The position numbers were made by a program, and so were the translations under genes. From Candidatus Versatilivorator sp. (lineage in GTDB: Bacteria > Acidobacteriota > Terriglobia > Versatilivoradales > Versatilivoraceae): a stretch of 64,000 nucleotides of DNA. Below, in pieces: positions 29,262 to 39,436 of this stretch. The stretch is taken from the NCBI GenBank assembly GCA_965207735.1, contig OZ242296.1:1600001-1664000 (forward strand), written 5' to 3'. The notes under the pieces were generated by a model, which did not search any database, was not told the origin of the DNA, and saw nothing but the letters and a program-made list of their open reading frames with translations. Numbering within the stretch: the stretch's first letter is position 1; each line of letters begins with the position of its first letter.

Positions 29262-31493
29262 CTACGGAACCTGGATCCCGGCCTTTCCCAGGCCCAGATT
29301 GCCCGCGGCATCGTATACCCGCAGAGCCACCACGTGCTCGCCTTTCTCGAGAGCCTCGGTGGTGACCCGAAACTCCTCCGTCCTGGAATCGATGATGCCG
29401 TCGATCGAGTAGACGCCCTGCCACTCGCCTCCATCGGTGGAAGCATCCGCCCTGCGAAGGCCGGACACCCGATCCTCCACCCGGAAACGTACCACGGCCA
29501 CACCCTTTCGAACCGACCTGGACAGGATCTCGACCGCCGGAGGGGTGTTGTCAACAATGAACGGTGCGCTGACCAACTCCCCGGACCGGGCGTTTGAAGC
29601 CGGGTTGGAGGGTGAATCGCTGGCCATGATCTTGAGTCGATAAGAGCCGTCGGGAAGGGCTCCCGATTGCAGCGTGTAGTCCCGGCGTGGGTGGTCCCGC
29701 ACCAGCGGCTTCCAATTCGACTCGCCCTCACCCCGATAGTGGAGGGTGAACGCCAATTTATCCCCGTTGGGATCCGAGGTTTTCCAGGTGAAGGACCTGG
29801 ATCCCCTTTGGAAGGTCCGGCGCGGCCGACTGGAGGCGGCAATAGGTTCGGGAATGGCCCTGGCCGCGCCCGATATGTCGGCGGCTTCCCGATCAGCGGG
29901 AGAAACCGGGCGTGGATTGGACGAAAGAGCTTCGGTCTTCAGAAAGGCCACTCCTTGAGGCAGAATCCGGATGGACTTGACTTCAGGAGCCAGGTTCTGC
30001 TGGAGATAGGGAATGACGACTCGACTCAGCTCGGGGGAGGCCTGGGTGGCGGTCTCCAGCACCGCCTTGTACTGAATGTAGCGAGCCGGGGGACTTTCGA
30101 CCTTCTCTCCATCGGCACGGGTGTAGGGCTTGGACCAGTCGCTCCAGGTGCGATCGGGCTGCCGGGTATTGCCACTGCGGGTGTAGAGCTCCAGACCGGC
30201 CCCCTTGGGAACCTTGGCCTGCCAGCTAACACTGCCCCACCGGGAGACGACCCTCGAGTCCCGGACCTCGGACTCGAAGCTGCCGCGAGAATTGAGCCTG
30301 TCCCTGAGGCGAAAGATCTTGGCAAGATTGCTGGTGCAGGCCACCAGGCCGTCACCTGCCGGGACCAGGCGGGTAGTCTGTTCTTCGGTGGTCTCGATCA
30401 GCAAGGTCAGTTCCCTCTTGGCGGACAGGGAGTAAATTTTCCCCTTGTCCCCGCTGGAGAACAGGACGCTTCCTCCCTTGTCGAGGTACAAGCCGTAAGC
30501 TGTCTCGCTGTTTGAAGACCAGAGTGTCTCCACCGAGCGGTCCTTGCCAATCCGGTGCAATCGACTCTTCAGCTTGCCCCGGCCGGGAGCGGTGGGACTC
30601 GCCATCGCCGGAGCCGCAACGGGAGCGGGAGCGGTTTCGGCCTTGGAGACATTGGCTAGCGATAGGGCCCCGGTGACGGCCTGCGCGGCGGTGACGGACT
30701 TGGCCGGCTCCCCGACAGAGGGCGCAGGGCGCCCGGGCCCGCCGTTGACCGCGATCAGATACACATCGCCCTCGGCATTGACCTGAATGTCGTGCACCTC
30801 GTTCATTCCGGTGTCGAACAACACGAAGGCCTTGCCGTCGGGTGCGATGCGGTAGACATAGCCTTTGGGATCGCTGCCGGCCAGCAGATGATTCTCGGGA
30901 TCGACCGCCAGGCAAATCACGTTGGTCTGGCCCGTGTCGTACAGCTCGTCAGCCTCTCCCTCGGGGCTGACCCTGTACACCCTTCCCCTGCTTCCGGTGG
31001 CCACGTAGAGAACTCCGTCCGGGCCGAAAGCCAGGTCCCAGATAAACCGGTCGTCGGGATCGAAAAAGACCGAGGCTTCCCCTTGGGGAGATACCTTGTA
31101 GACCTTGCCATTGGGAGAGGTGGCCGCGTAGAGGTTGTGCCGGGCGTCCAGCGCCAGCGCCAGAACGTCCAGCTCGGCGGAATCGAAAAAGACCGACGAC
31201 TTGGCAGATTCGTCAATCCTGAAGACCTTGCCATCGTGCCCGGTCGCCACGTAGAGATGGCGGCTGCCGTCATAGACAGCCGACCAGATGAGAGCTTGGT
31301 CCGAATCCAGGACCGAGTCGAATTGGCGGGCCAGCGCCAGCGTTCCATCCTGGCGCAGGGAGAGTCCGCTAAGAGTTCCCTTGGAGAAATCGGTAAAGGA
31401 AGAGGTGGTCCAAAACCGGGGATCGACAGCCAGCAGCGGCAAGCACAGCAGCGGCAGGAGGCCAAGCCAAACCATCCGGAATTTCCGTTTCAT
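29262..31493 (-). CDS. secreted beta-propeller protein with C-terminal Ig/FN3-like domains
   Basis: Signal peptide; repeated LYVATG..GKVYR blades; TRSGNT...WSDWS, RYIQYK, DPNGD, VDNTPP. Confidence 0.7.
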   Translation of the reverse strand: MKRKFRMVWLGLLPLLCLPLLAVDPRFWTTSSFTDFSKGTLSGLSLRQDGTLALARQFDSVLDSDQALIWSAVYDGSRHLYVATGHDGKVFRIDESAKSSVFFDSAELDVLALALDARHNLYAATSPNGKVYKVSPQGEASVFFDPDDRFIWDLAFGPDGVLYVATGSRGRVYRVSPEGEADELYDTGQTNVICLAVDPENHLLAGSDPKGYVYRIAPDGKAFVLFDTGMNEVHDIQVNAEGDVYLIAVNGGPGRPAPSVGEPAKSVTAAQAVTGALSLANVSKAETAPAPVAAPAMASPTAPGRGKLKSRLHRIGKDRSVETLWSSNSETAYGLYLDKGGSVLFSSGDKGKIYSLSAKRELTLLIETTEEQTTRLVPAGDGLVACTSNLAKIFRLRDRLNSRGSFESEVRDSRVVSRWGSVSWQAKVPKGAGLELYTRSGNTRQPDRTWSDWSKPYTRADGEKVESPPARYIQYKAVLETATQASPELSRVVIPYLQQNLAPEVKSIRILPQGVAFLKTEALSSNPRPVSPADREAADISGAARAIPEPIAASSRPRRTFQRGSRSFTWKTSDPNGDKLAFTLHYRGEGESNWKPLVRDHPRRDYTLQSGALPDGSYRLKIMASDSPSNPASNARSGELVSAPFIVDNTPPAVEILSRSVRKGVAVVRFRVEDRVSGLRRADASTDGGEWQGVYSIDGIIDSRTEEFRVTTEALEKGEHVVALRVYDAAGNLGLGKAGIQVP

Positions 31494-31614
31494 TCGGACT
31501 CCATTTCCACTCTGCCAGGGTCCGGCGGTATGGAGGCAGACGGGGGCCATTCTCCCGGCTCGGATCCTCCCTGAATGGCCGGCCCCGATGCCAGGCGTTG
31601 GTGAATCGCGTCAC

Positions 31615-33543
31615 TCAATCGACCACCTTGAGCGCCAGGGTGCGACGCCCCCTGACCACGAAGGAGGTGGAGGGCAGCTCGTATTCATACAGGTTCGAGG
31701 CTCCCATCACCGTCAGGCTGCTGCTGGCGCTTCTGGCCGAGGTCAACACTTGCCGAAACGACGGCGGGAGGCTTGAAAATTCTTCGCCGTTGAGCAGGAT
31801 CGCCGGTTCCGGCCGCTGCAATCGGACATAGACCCGATCGTTCTTGCGCAGATTGTTGATGGCCCGGATCAGTTGGTCGAGGTCACGGGGAACGAACCTC
31901 CTGCCCACCAGTTGGTTTTCGGCGGCGGTCAGGGTGAAGCCGTCGGCGACCGTGACCAGCAGCCTCCCCTCCGAAACATCCTCGGGAACCGGAAGCGGAA
32001 TCTTCTCCTCGGTTTCCTCGCCGTTGGGCTTTCGAAAAACCGCCGACAGCATGACGGTTTCTCCGGGTCTGACCGATTCCCGGTTCGGCCAGACCCGCTC
32101 CAGGCGACCGGTCCTCTTTTCATCGCTGGAGGTAATGTCGACGGCGATCTCCTCGATGTCGACCCCCTCGAAGCCGCTTCCAAGGATGTAGCTGAGCGGC
32201 TGCCCCACCGCCATAGAGGCAAACAGTTGGGCGTTGGTGTCTCCGGAAAAGAGATTCTCCACACGCACATCGGGACGGTCCTTGAGACGGATCCTGCCCT
32301 TTACCTGCAGCGTCGATTCTCCCAGGGCTCTTTCCTGGGAAACAATGGTGCTGAAAATGGTGAAGTTGGTCAGAAAAGGCGTCAGGAGACGGTCGTTGAC
32401 CAACTCGAACCTGAAGGTGCGGGAGGTGTTTCGGCTCGACCTCAGGTTGATGACCAGCGGTATCAGCTTCGGAGCCTGGCCAATGGTCCCGTAGAGGCCT
32501 CGCGACCGGTCCTGCGTGATCGATCCGACCAGGTCGGTCGGCACCGCGATCTTGAAGGAACTGTTCAGGTTGGGCAGCAGCGAAACCACCTGGGCCTTGG
32601 AGACCGGAAGTTCGACCGGGCCCAACGAAAACCAGGGATGCCCGAAGGCATAGATCTTGTCTCCCTCTCGGTGGGTCACAGTCCCGGAGGCGCTGGCTCC
32701 GAATCCCAGATCTCCTCTCATCAACTGGACGGCGATCGACGAGCCCGGGACAACATCGGACCCGTCAGACAACTCGGCCCCGGGCGCGCCTGAAACCGGC
32801 CCCCCGCCTTGCAGCACCCTCATTCCGTAAGGCCCCAGCGCGCCTTCCAGAACGCCGGCCGCTTCGGCCGCCACTCCCGACAGAACCAGCGGCGTGTCGA
32901 TGTATCGGAACAACTGGCCGGCCAGGGGCTTCAGGGAAGCCTCGCCGGCGGCCATCGATTCCGAGACGGCAAAAGCGGGCGCGCTCCCGGAATCGGGGAC
33001 CGCCAGGATCCCGGGCGCTCGAATCCCGAGCGTCCGGTGAGGAGCGATCGAGGAGACCTCGACCACAATGGGGTCGCCCTGCACCGGCTCGTTCGACCGC
33101 TCGAAGTTGTCGACCATTTGCTCGATAGGCGTGACGCCCGCCACCGCCTCTTTTGAGAAGGGAAAGGAGAAGGACACGGCCCCGATCAGCCGGCCGTCGA
33201 CGTAGACCGGGCTGCCGCTCATTCCGCCCATCACTCCGGTCTTCTCCAGGGGGCCCCCGGAAAGCCGGGCCAGAATGGCGTCCTGGCGGGGAGCGATGTT
33301 CTTGAGAACTCCCAGCACCTCGGCCTCGAATTCTTCAACCTCGGATCCCCGAAAGACGGTCTTGCCGATACCCTTCATGCCCGGCTTGACCTGATCCAGC
33401 GGCATGAAGTTGCTGTCGTCTCCGCCGGGCCCCGCATGCAGGGAGAGGGTGAGCAGAACCGGCAGCATCGCGCCCGCGAGACTGCCCCAGACCGACCTTG
33501 ACCGGGCCGCCCGTTCGAACCTTTGAAAACGAAGAGCTTTCAT
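31615..33543 (-). CDS. SpoIVB peptidase S55 domain protein
   Basis: PGMKGIGKTVFRG, GVMGGMSGSPVY (catalytic serine), GTVT...AFGHP. Confidence 0.88.
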   Translation of the reverse strand: MKALRFQRFERAARSRSVWGSLAGAMLPVLLTLSLHAGPGGDDSNFMPLDQVKPGMKGIGKTVFRGSEVEEFEAEVLGVLKNIAPRQDAILARLSGGPLEKTGVMGGMSGSPVYVDGRLIGAVSFSFPFSKEAVAGVTPIEQMVDNFERSNEPVQGDPIVVEVSSIAPHRTLGIRAPGILAVPDSGSAPAFAVSESMAAGEASLKPLAGQLFRYIDTPLVLSGVAAEAAGVLEGALGPYGMRVLQGGGPVSGAPGAELSDGSDVVPGSSIAVQLMRGDLGFGASASGTVTHREGDKIYAFGHPWFSLGPVELPVSKAQVVSLLPNLNSSFKIAVPTDLVGSITQDRSRGLYGTIGQAPKLIPLVINLRSSRNTSRTFRFELVNDRLLTPFLTNFTIFSTIVSQERALGESTLQVKGRIRLKDRPDVRVENLFSGDTNAQLFASMAVGQPLSYILGSGFEGVDIEEIAVDITSSDEKRTGRLERVWPNRESVRPGETVMLSAVFRKPNGEETEEKIPLPVPEDVSEGRLLVTVADGFTLTAAENQLVGRRFVPRDLDQLIRAINNLRKNDRVYVRLQRPEPAILLNGEEFSSLPPSFRQVLTSARSASSSLTVMGASNLYEYELPSTSFVVRGRRTLALKVVD

Positions 33544-33816
33544 GGAAGCTTTGCGTCCTTCCTGCGTGAGCACAACCGAACCGGTGAAGCCGGAGAGATT
33601 CTCCCCGACCCCGGTTCAGCGGCGAGATTATAGCAGAACCATACCACCCCGGCGGCCGCAACCGGAAGGTGGTAACCGGTCTTCACGGCGTTGGGTTGAC
33701 ACGGGTTCCGGCAGCCGGACCAGACCGTAGGCCCGGCTGTACCGATCATTCAGGGTGAAACTTGCTCACGGTTGTGGTAACAAGAGGCGAGCTATTTCCG
33801 GCAAAGGCGGGACGCA

Positions 33817-34482
33817 ATGAATCAGCAACGGGGGCGATCGGAAACCGCGGCAACCGCGATTCCCTTCACCGGGTATGTCCTGGCGGGAGGCCAAAGCACC
33901 CGGATGGGGCGGGACAAGGCCCTGCTCGAGATCGGGGGGCGTCCGCTCATCCAGACCGCCGTGGACCTCCTGAGCGCATTGACCGATCGGGTCGTAATCC
34001 TCGGGCCTGCGGAGAGATACGGGTACCTGGGCGTTCCCGCAGTGCCCGACCTGGTGCCTTCCAGGGGGCCCCTCAGCGCCCTCTACACGGGCCTGGAGCG
34101 TTCGGAAACGGACGTCAACCTCTTTCTGGCCTGCGACATGCCCCTGATGCAGGGGACCTTCCTGAAGCTGCTGCTGGAACGGTCCCCGCTGGCCGACGCC
34201 GTCCTGATGCGCCTGGTCGACGGCAGCCTGGAACCTCTGTGTGCCGTCTACAATCGCTCCTGTCTTCCGGCCGTCAAAGCCAACTACGAGCGCCGGAGGT
34301 TCAAGCTCTCCGACCTGTTCCCCCGGTTGAGGACCCACTACCTGACGGAGGCCGATCTGCAGGGACTGGGACTTGACCGCCGGATCTTCGCCAACGTCAA
34401 TACTCCGGGGGACCTGGAACAGCCGGGGAAGTTTCGGTCAAGGGCAAGTGAAGCGGCGAGCAGCGGTGCGGAGGAGAGATAA
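33817..34482 (+). CDS. mobA: molybdenum cofactor guanylyltransferase
   Basis: LAGGQSTRMGRDKA, GPL, ACDMP, EPLCAVY, FANVNTP. Confidence 0.93.
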   Translation: MNQQRGRSETAATAIPFTGYVLAGGQSTRMGRDKALLEIGGRPLIQTAVDLLSALTDRVVILGPAERYGYLGVPAVPDLVPSRGPLSALYTGLERSETDVNLFLACDMPLMQGTFLKLLLERSPLADAVLMRLVDGSLEPLCAVYNRSCLPAVKANYERRRFKLSDLFPRLRTHYLTEADLQGLGLDRRIFANVNTPGDLEQPGKFRSRASEAASSGAEER

Positions 34483-34657
34483 GAAGATTCAGCTTGGGAC
34501 ATTCCCCTTTCTCAAAATGGCACTCGGTAGCATCCCGTACAGCCGAGCGTAGCTCCTTTAGGGTGTCTGCCTCAGTGAATATTGGGGCAGACAGTGCTCT
34601 GGCTTCGTAACCGCCCTCCGGCGATTCCTGAACGGAAAATATGATTTCCTCGGCCAT
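34483..34657 (-). pseudogene. HicB-like antitoxin, probably 3' truncated, orphan
   Basis: EIIFSVQESPEGGYEARAL...IFTEADTL.EL...VRDA..CHFE....PK; the frame then runs antisense into mobA. Confidence 0.6.
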
Positions 34658-34703
34658 TTCGTACTCTTCAGTGGCTTCAGGTTCCGTGATCATTTCGTCG
34701 CCC

Positions 34704-36347
34704 TCATTCCGGCTTGTGCCGGATTCTGAGAATGCTGCGGGACGAGTACTCCGTGCGTCCTTCGACCTGGTTTCGGGCGAAGTATCCCTCGGCCTTGAAG
34801 TCAGGCGAAGTCACAAAGAAGGCTTCTTTCCCCCTCGGATAGTGCACGTCGCCTTCCGAATAGACGATCCGGGCGGGACTGTTCAGGTAGAAGCCCAGCC
34901 CGTAGGCTACATTGCGCGAGATTCCGTAGACGAAGAGGGGTTGATCCACGAATCCCTCCTCTTCCTGGAGGAAGGCCGCCAAATTCCGGGAGGACTCGGC
35001 GGCATCCACCCGCGGGAAAGCTCCTCCCGTCACCAGAACCACCGCCAGGGCAACCGCCGCCAGGTAACAAGCCACCGAAGCCGTTCGCCGGCGGCGCCAG
35101 TAGAGCAGCAGGGCAAGCGCACCCGTGCTCGCCAGCAGCCCGGAGGCAACTCCCGCCAGCGACTCCACCGGCAGGTTCAGCCGGGAGGCGTAAAAGGGCA
35201 GCGCCAGGCCCGCCAGCATCAGGCAGAGGGCCTGGAAGACGAAGAAGTCATTGAACCAGGGGGGGCGAGCGGCTTCCGGCTCCGGCTTCAGCCAGAGCCG
35301 GACCTGGCGGCCGATCAGCAGGGCGATGGCGGGGGCCGCCGGCAGCAGGTATCCCGGCAATTTGGATCGGGAAAGGGAGAAGACCACCAGCGGCGTCAAC
35401 AGCCACAGCCACAAGAAGAGATCCTGGGAGGCGGCGAGTGAACGCCAGCGGTCCCCGTGTCGAAACAGACTCCGAGCCGACGGAATCAGTTGCAGGCTCC
35501 AGGGGAAAAAGCCGATCAGGGCAACAGCCGGAAAAAACCAGAAGGGCTGGGGATGCTCGTAGCGGTCGGTGAGAAACCGTTCCAGATTGTGGCGAATCAG
35601 GAATTCTTCCACGAATCCCCAGCCGTTGGCCAAGGTGCACAATCCGTACCAGGGCAGGACCACCGCCAGCAACACCAGGACTCCGGTAAGGGGTCTGAAA
35701 CTGGCCGCCAGCTTCATTCGGCCGGTGAGGACCAGAAAAACAGCCAGGCTGATCAGGGGCAGAACGAAGCCGGCCGGGCCCTTGGCCAGGGTCGCCAGTC
35801 CCAGGAAGGCATAAAAGATCAGCAGCAACCCCAGCGGAGAGCCGGAAGCGCCTGAATCCCTCAAAAGCCCCTTTCCGCCAAACAACAGGAAGAACAAGGC
35901 GGTCCAGGCCACTGCCATGGCCGCCGAAAAGACCATATCCGTGGACGCGGCCCGGGCCAGGGAGAAATAGAGAATCGAGGCGGCCAGAATGAGACAGGAG
36001 AACAGCCCTTCCGCCGGACCCTCCCGCTGCCTGCCCACAAGATAGACGCAAAACACTCCCAGGACGGCAGCCAGCGCCGAAGGCAGCCGGGCCGAGAATT
36101 CGTCGACTCCGAAAAGCCAGTAGGCCGCCGACGCCAGCCAGTAATAGAGGACCGGCTTTTCCAGCCAGGGCTCTCCGAAGTAGCGAGGGGTCACAAAGTC
36201 GCCCGAAACCAGCATTTCCCTGGCGACCTGGGCGTAGCGGGGCTCATCCGGACCCACCAGCCCCAGACCGCCCAGGTCCAGGAAGAACTGGACCCAGACG
36301 AATGCGAGAATCAAAAGCAGGCGGCTGGGTTGAATTCGACTGAACAC
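34704..36347 (-). CDS. ArnT/PMT-family (GT83/GT39) lipid glycosyltransferase
   Basis: DEPRYAQVAREM, EKPVLYYW, ARLPSA, LAKGP, PWY, SKLPGYLLP; many TM segments. Confidence 0.9.
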   Translation of the reverse strand: MFSRIQPSRLLLILAFVWVQFFLDLGGLGLVGPDEPRYAQVAREMLVSGDFVTPRYFGEPWLEKPVLYYWLASAAYWLFGVDEFSARLPSALAAVLGVFCVYLVGRQREGPAEGLFSCLILAASILYFSLARAASTDMVFSAAMAVAWTALFFLLFGGKGLLRDSGASGSPLGLLLIFYAFLGLATLAKGPAGFVLPLISLAVFLVLTGRMKLAASFRPLTGVLVLLAVVLPWYGLCTLANGWGFVEEFLIRHNLERFLTDRYEHPQPFWFFPAVALIGFFPWSLQLIPSARSLFRHGDRWRSLAASQDLFLWLWLLTPLVVFSLSRSKLPGYLLPAAPAIALLIGRQVRLWLKPEPEAARPPWFNDFFVFQALCLMLAGLALPFYASRLNLPVESLAGVASGLLASTGALALLLYWRRRRTASVACYLAAVALAVVLVTGGAFPRVDAAESSRNLAAFLQEEEGFVDQPLFVYGISRNVAYGLGFYLNSPARIVYSEGDVHYPRGKEAFFVTSPDFKAEGYFARNQVEGRTEYSSRSILRIRHKPE

Positions 36348-36384
36348 GTTGGCTGAAAAGAAACTTTGACGGGCGGTGGCCAGA

Positions 36385-36588
36385 CTAGTAGTAGTCCGAG
36401 CAGGACATGTAGTAGCCGCATTGGGGGCACCGCAGCTTGCAGTGGTCGGGTTGCAATTCCAGACCGCACTGAGGACAGTACTGGCTGGGGTCCTTTTGCC
36501 GGCTGGGAAGCGTTGGCAGGCGGTCCCTGGAAGTTTCCTTTTCCGGGAGATCTGGAGGGAGGGAATTCAAAGAAGTGACTGCCGGCAT
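36385..36588 (-). CDS. small Cys-rich zinc-ribbon protein
   Basis: CPQC-x8-CKLRCPQCGYYMSCSDYY at the C-terminus; co-oriented between trxA and the arnT-like gene; start uncertain. Confidence 0.65.
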   Translation of the reverse strand: MPAVTSLNSLPPDLPEKETSRDRLPTLPSRQKDPSQYCPQCGLELQPDHCKLRCPQCGYYMSCSDYY

Positions 36589-36663
36589 CCGAGACTGTGA
36601 GGCTGGACACTAGTCCCGCGGCCGGAGACCTGGCGGTTGCTGACCGACCGCCTGCACCTGGAC

Positions 36664-36993
36664 CTATTGCAGGTGCGGGTCGATCATCTTTTGGAATTCC
36701 GACTTCGGCATGGCACCCAGCAGGTTGCCGACCACCTGCCCATCCTTGAGAAGCAGGATCGTAGGGATGCTGCGAATACCGTACTTGGAGGCCACCGCCG
36801 GGTTGTGATCGGTGTTGAGCTTTCCAACCTTCACCTTCCCGGCGTAGGCGCCTGCCAGTTCCTCGATGATGGGACCCACCATCCGGCAGGGACCGCACCA
36901 GGGAGCCCAGAAATCCACCAGCACCGGCTGGTCGGCTTGCAGGGCCTCCGCGTCAAAATTCCCATCGGTAAATTCCACTACGTTTCCACTCAT
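36664..36993 (-). CDS. trxA: thioredoxin
   Basis: VLVDFWAPWCGPC, YGIRSIPT; RBS ggagcagg before ATG 36993. Confidence 0.97.
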   Translation of the reverse strand: MSGNVVEFTDGNFDAEALQADQPVLVDFWAPWCGPCRMVGPIIEELAGAYAGKVKVGKLNTDHNPAVASKYGIRSIPTILLLKDGQVVGNLLGAMPKSEFQKMIDPHLQ

Positions 36994-37025
36994 CGTTTCG
37001 CCTGCTCCTTCCTGAGATCGTTGCG

Positions 37026-38255
37026 TCAATGCACCCTAGTCTTGCCCCCGGCCCCGGCGATTGTCAAGGTTTTTGATGGGGCCGGCAGCCCCGGCCGCGT
37101 TCCGCCGCTATTAGCCCGGCCGCGGCCGCGCGAGTACTCTGCCATGAGCGCCTGAACGATCCGGGAAGCGGCGGCGGTCAGAGGATAACGGCCGGCCTGG
37201 CTCAGCCAAATCCAGCGTGCCTCCGGGATCGAAAGCGTCGGTGGCAGTGGGGGTTTCAGACTGGCCTCATACACCGTCAGGGTGATTCTCCGATTGGTGA
37301 CGGCGTGCTTGATGGTGGTCAGAGGGGAGCCTAACCGAACGCTCAAGTCGAGATCGCCCTGAATCCGTTTCACCAGGGAGTCGGCGAGGTCGGACCGACT
37401 GAATTCTCCCCCGGGAAACTCCCACAGGTCCTGCAGCAACCGCGAGCCGGACCGTCTGCGAATCAGGAATCGACCCCGATGCCGGATCACCGCCGCGGCT
37501 TGACGGCTCGAAATCATTTCCGACCGCTTGCCTTTTTCCGGCAGCCGTTCCTGCAGGCCCGATTTCAGGGCCTCGCAATGGGACGACCAAGGGCACAGGA
37601 GGCAGCGTGGGTTGCGCGGCAGGCAGACCGTGGCCCCCAGCTCCATCAGGGCCTGGTTGAAATCCCCTGGCCTGCGGACGGGAAGCAGCTGCTGTCCGGC
37701 AGCAGCCAGCATTCCCTGCGCAGGCGACTTGGCGGGGTCACCCCTCAAGCACAACAGTCGGCTCAGAACCCGCACCACGTTGCCGTCCAGGGCCGGAAGC
37801 GGCTGGTTGAAAGCAATGCTGAGAATGGCGGCGGCCGTGTAGCGGCCGATTCCGGGCAACCTCAAGACTTCCCCGTAGCTCCTGGGGAACTCCCCTCCAT
37901 GCTCCTTCACCACAATCCTGGCCGCCTTCCGGAGGTTCCTGGCACGGGAGTAGTATCCCAGGCCGGCCCAGTTTCGCAGCAGATCCTGGGTGTCGGCGCC
38001 GGCCAGATCCTCGAGGGTGGGGAAAGCCTTCATGAACCGCAGAAAATAGGGAACGACGGTTTGAACCTGGGTTTGCTGAAGCATCACCTCAGAGACCCAG
38101 ACGGGGTAGAAGTGGCGCGACTCACGCCAGGGAAGTTGGCGCTGGTGCTGCCGATACCAGGCGAGCAGCCGGGTCTGCAGTCGCTGGATTTCGGCTGGAG
38201 AGAGATAGACCGCCTCGGTCGCGGCCAGCTTCGACATGCCAGCAGGATCTTCCAT
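37026..38255 (-). CDS. mutY: A/G-specific adenine glycosylase
   Basis: LPWR, VWVSEVMLQQTQV, WAGLGYYSRARNL, HhH LPGIGRYTA, DGNV, 4Fe-4S motif C-x6-C-x2-C-x5-C, NUDIX-like tail. Confidence 0.95.
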   Translation of the reverse strand: MEDPAGMSKLAATEAVYLSPAEIQRLQTRLLAWYRQHQRQLPWRESRHFYPVWVSEVMLQQTQVQTVVPYFLRFMKAFPTLEDLAGADTQDLLRNWAGLGYYSRARNLRKAARIVVKEHGGEFPRSYGEVLRLPGIGRYTAAAILSIAFNQPLPALDGNVVRVLSRLLCLRGDPAKSPAQGMLAAAGQQLLPVRRPGDFNQALMELGATVCLPRNPRCLLCPWSSHCEALKSGLQERLPEKGKRSEMISSRQAAAVIRHRGRFLIRRRSGSRLLQDLWEFPGGEFSRSDLADSLVKRIQGDLDLSVRLGSPLTTIKHAVTNRRITLTVYEASLKPPLPPTLSIPEARWIWLSQAGRYPLTAAASRIVQALMAEYSRGRGRANSGGTRPGLPAPSKTLTIAGAGGKTRVH

Positions 38256-38337
38256 CGTTTGCCGACTGTCAAGACCTTCAACCACAACCGCGACATTTCC
38301 ATGGACAGGCCACCGGAAAGTTGCTAGATAGAGGGGC

Positions 38338-39387
38338 ATGGGTGCCTCCATTGCCGAAATCGCCCGGTATCTCCAATGTCCCTTCCACGGGGACGGTTCC
38401 CTGCAACTCCAGCGAATCTCCAACTGGGATGAAGCCGACCGGGGCTCACTGATCTACTGCGAGGGCTCGGCCAGGGCCGATCGCCTGCCCGATGAGCTGA
38501 CGGCCGGCTGCATCATCACCACCGCCGACATCCACAGATCCGGGTGGAACACCATCGTCTCCGAGCGGCCCAAGCTGGACTTTTCCCGAGCGGCCTCCCT
38601 GCTCCATCCCCGCCCGGCCGGACGGGGAGTGCGCGACCCTTCCGCGGTGGTCTCCCCCGAGGCGGTTCTCGGGCAGCAGGTGGACCTGGGGTCTCACGTG
38701 GTGGTGGGGGCCGGCGCCAGGGTGGGCGACCGGTGCATTCTGCACGCGGGGGTGGTGGTGGGAGAGCACTGCCGCATCGGCAGCGACTGCATTCTCCATC
38801 CCCGGGTGGTTCTCTATCCCGGGACGGAACTGGGTTCCCGGGTGACACTGCATGCCGGCGTGGTGCTGGGGGCCGACGGATTCGGCTACGTGTTCGATGG
38901 GAAGTCCCAGGTCAAGTTTCCTCAAGCGGGCGGGATCGTGATCGAGGACGATGTGGAGATCGGGGCCAACACCACGGTGGATCGGGGCTCGCTGGGCATG
39001 ACTCGAATCGGCCGGGGCAGCAAAATCGACAACCTGGTCCAGATCGCCCACAACACCCAGATCGGTTCGGAGGTGATCATCGCCTCTCAGACCGGCATCT
39101 CGGGCAGCGCCGTTATTGAAGACCGGGTGGTGATCGCCGGCCAAGCCGGATTCGGGGAGCATATTCGGGTTAAAGAGGGCGCCGTCATCGGAGGGCAGGC
39201 CGGGGTCCTGCCCGGAAAGATCCTGCCGGGCAACCAGGTCTATTGGGGAACGCCCGCCCGTCCCCTGCGGGAATACAAGCGTATTCTGGCTCTTCTCTCC
39301 CGGCTCCCCCGGATGCGTTCGGAGCTGGAGCGGTTGAAGAAGAAGCTCGATCGACTCTTACGGGAAAACGAGAAATCGGGCCAGTGA
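38338..39387 (+). CDS. lpxD: UDP-3-O-(3-hydroxymyristoyl)glucosamine N-acyltransferase
   Basis: Hexapeptide repeats, GADGFGY, EDDVEIGANTTVDRG, KIDNLVQIAHN, GTPARP. Confidence 0.95.
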   Translation: MGASIAEIARYLQCPFHGDGSLQLQRISNWDEADRGSLIYCEGSARADRLPDELTAGCIITTADIHRSGWNTIVSERPKLDFSRAASLLHPRPAGRGVRDPSAVVSPEAVLGQQVDLGSHVVVGAGARVGDRCILHAGVVVGEHCRIGSDCILHPRVVLYPGTELGSRVTLHAGVVLGADGFGYVFDGKSQVKFPQAGGIVIEDDVEIGANTTVDRGSLGMTRIGRGSKIDNLVQIAHNTQIGSEVIIASQTGISGSAVIEDRVVIAGQAGFGEHIRVKEGAVIGGQAGVLPGKILPGNQVYWGTPARPLREYKRILALLSRLPRMRSELERLKKKLDRLLRENEKSGQ

Positions 39388-39436
39388 GAATATCCCCGGC
39401 AGGCAGGAGCAACGGCTGCCGGGCTGAGGAAGTGGA

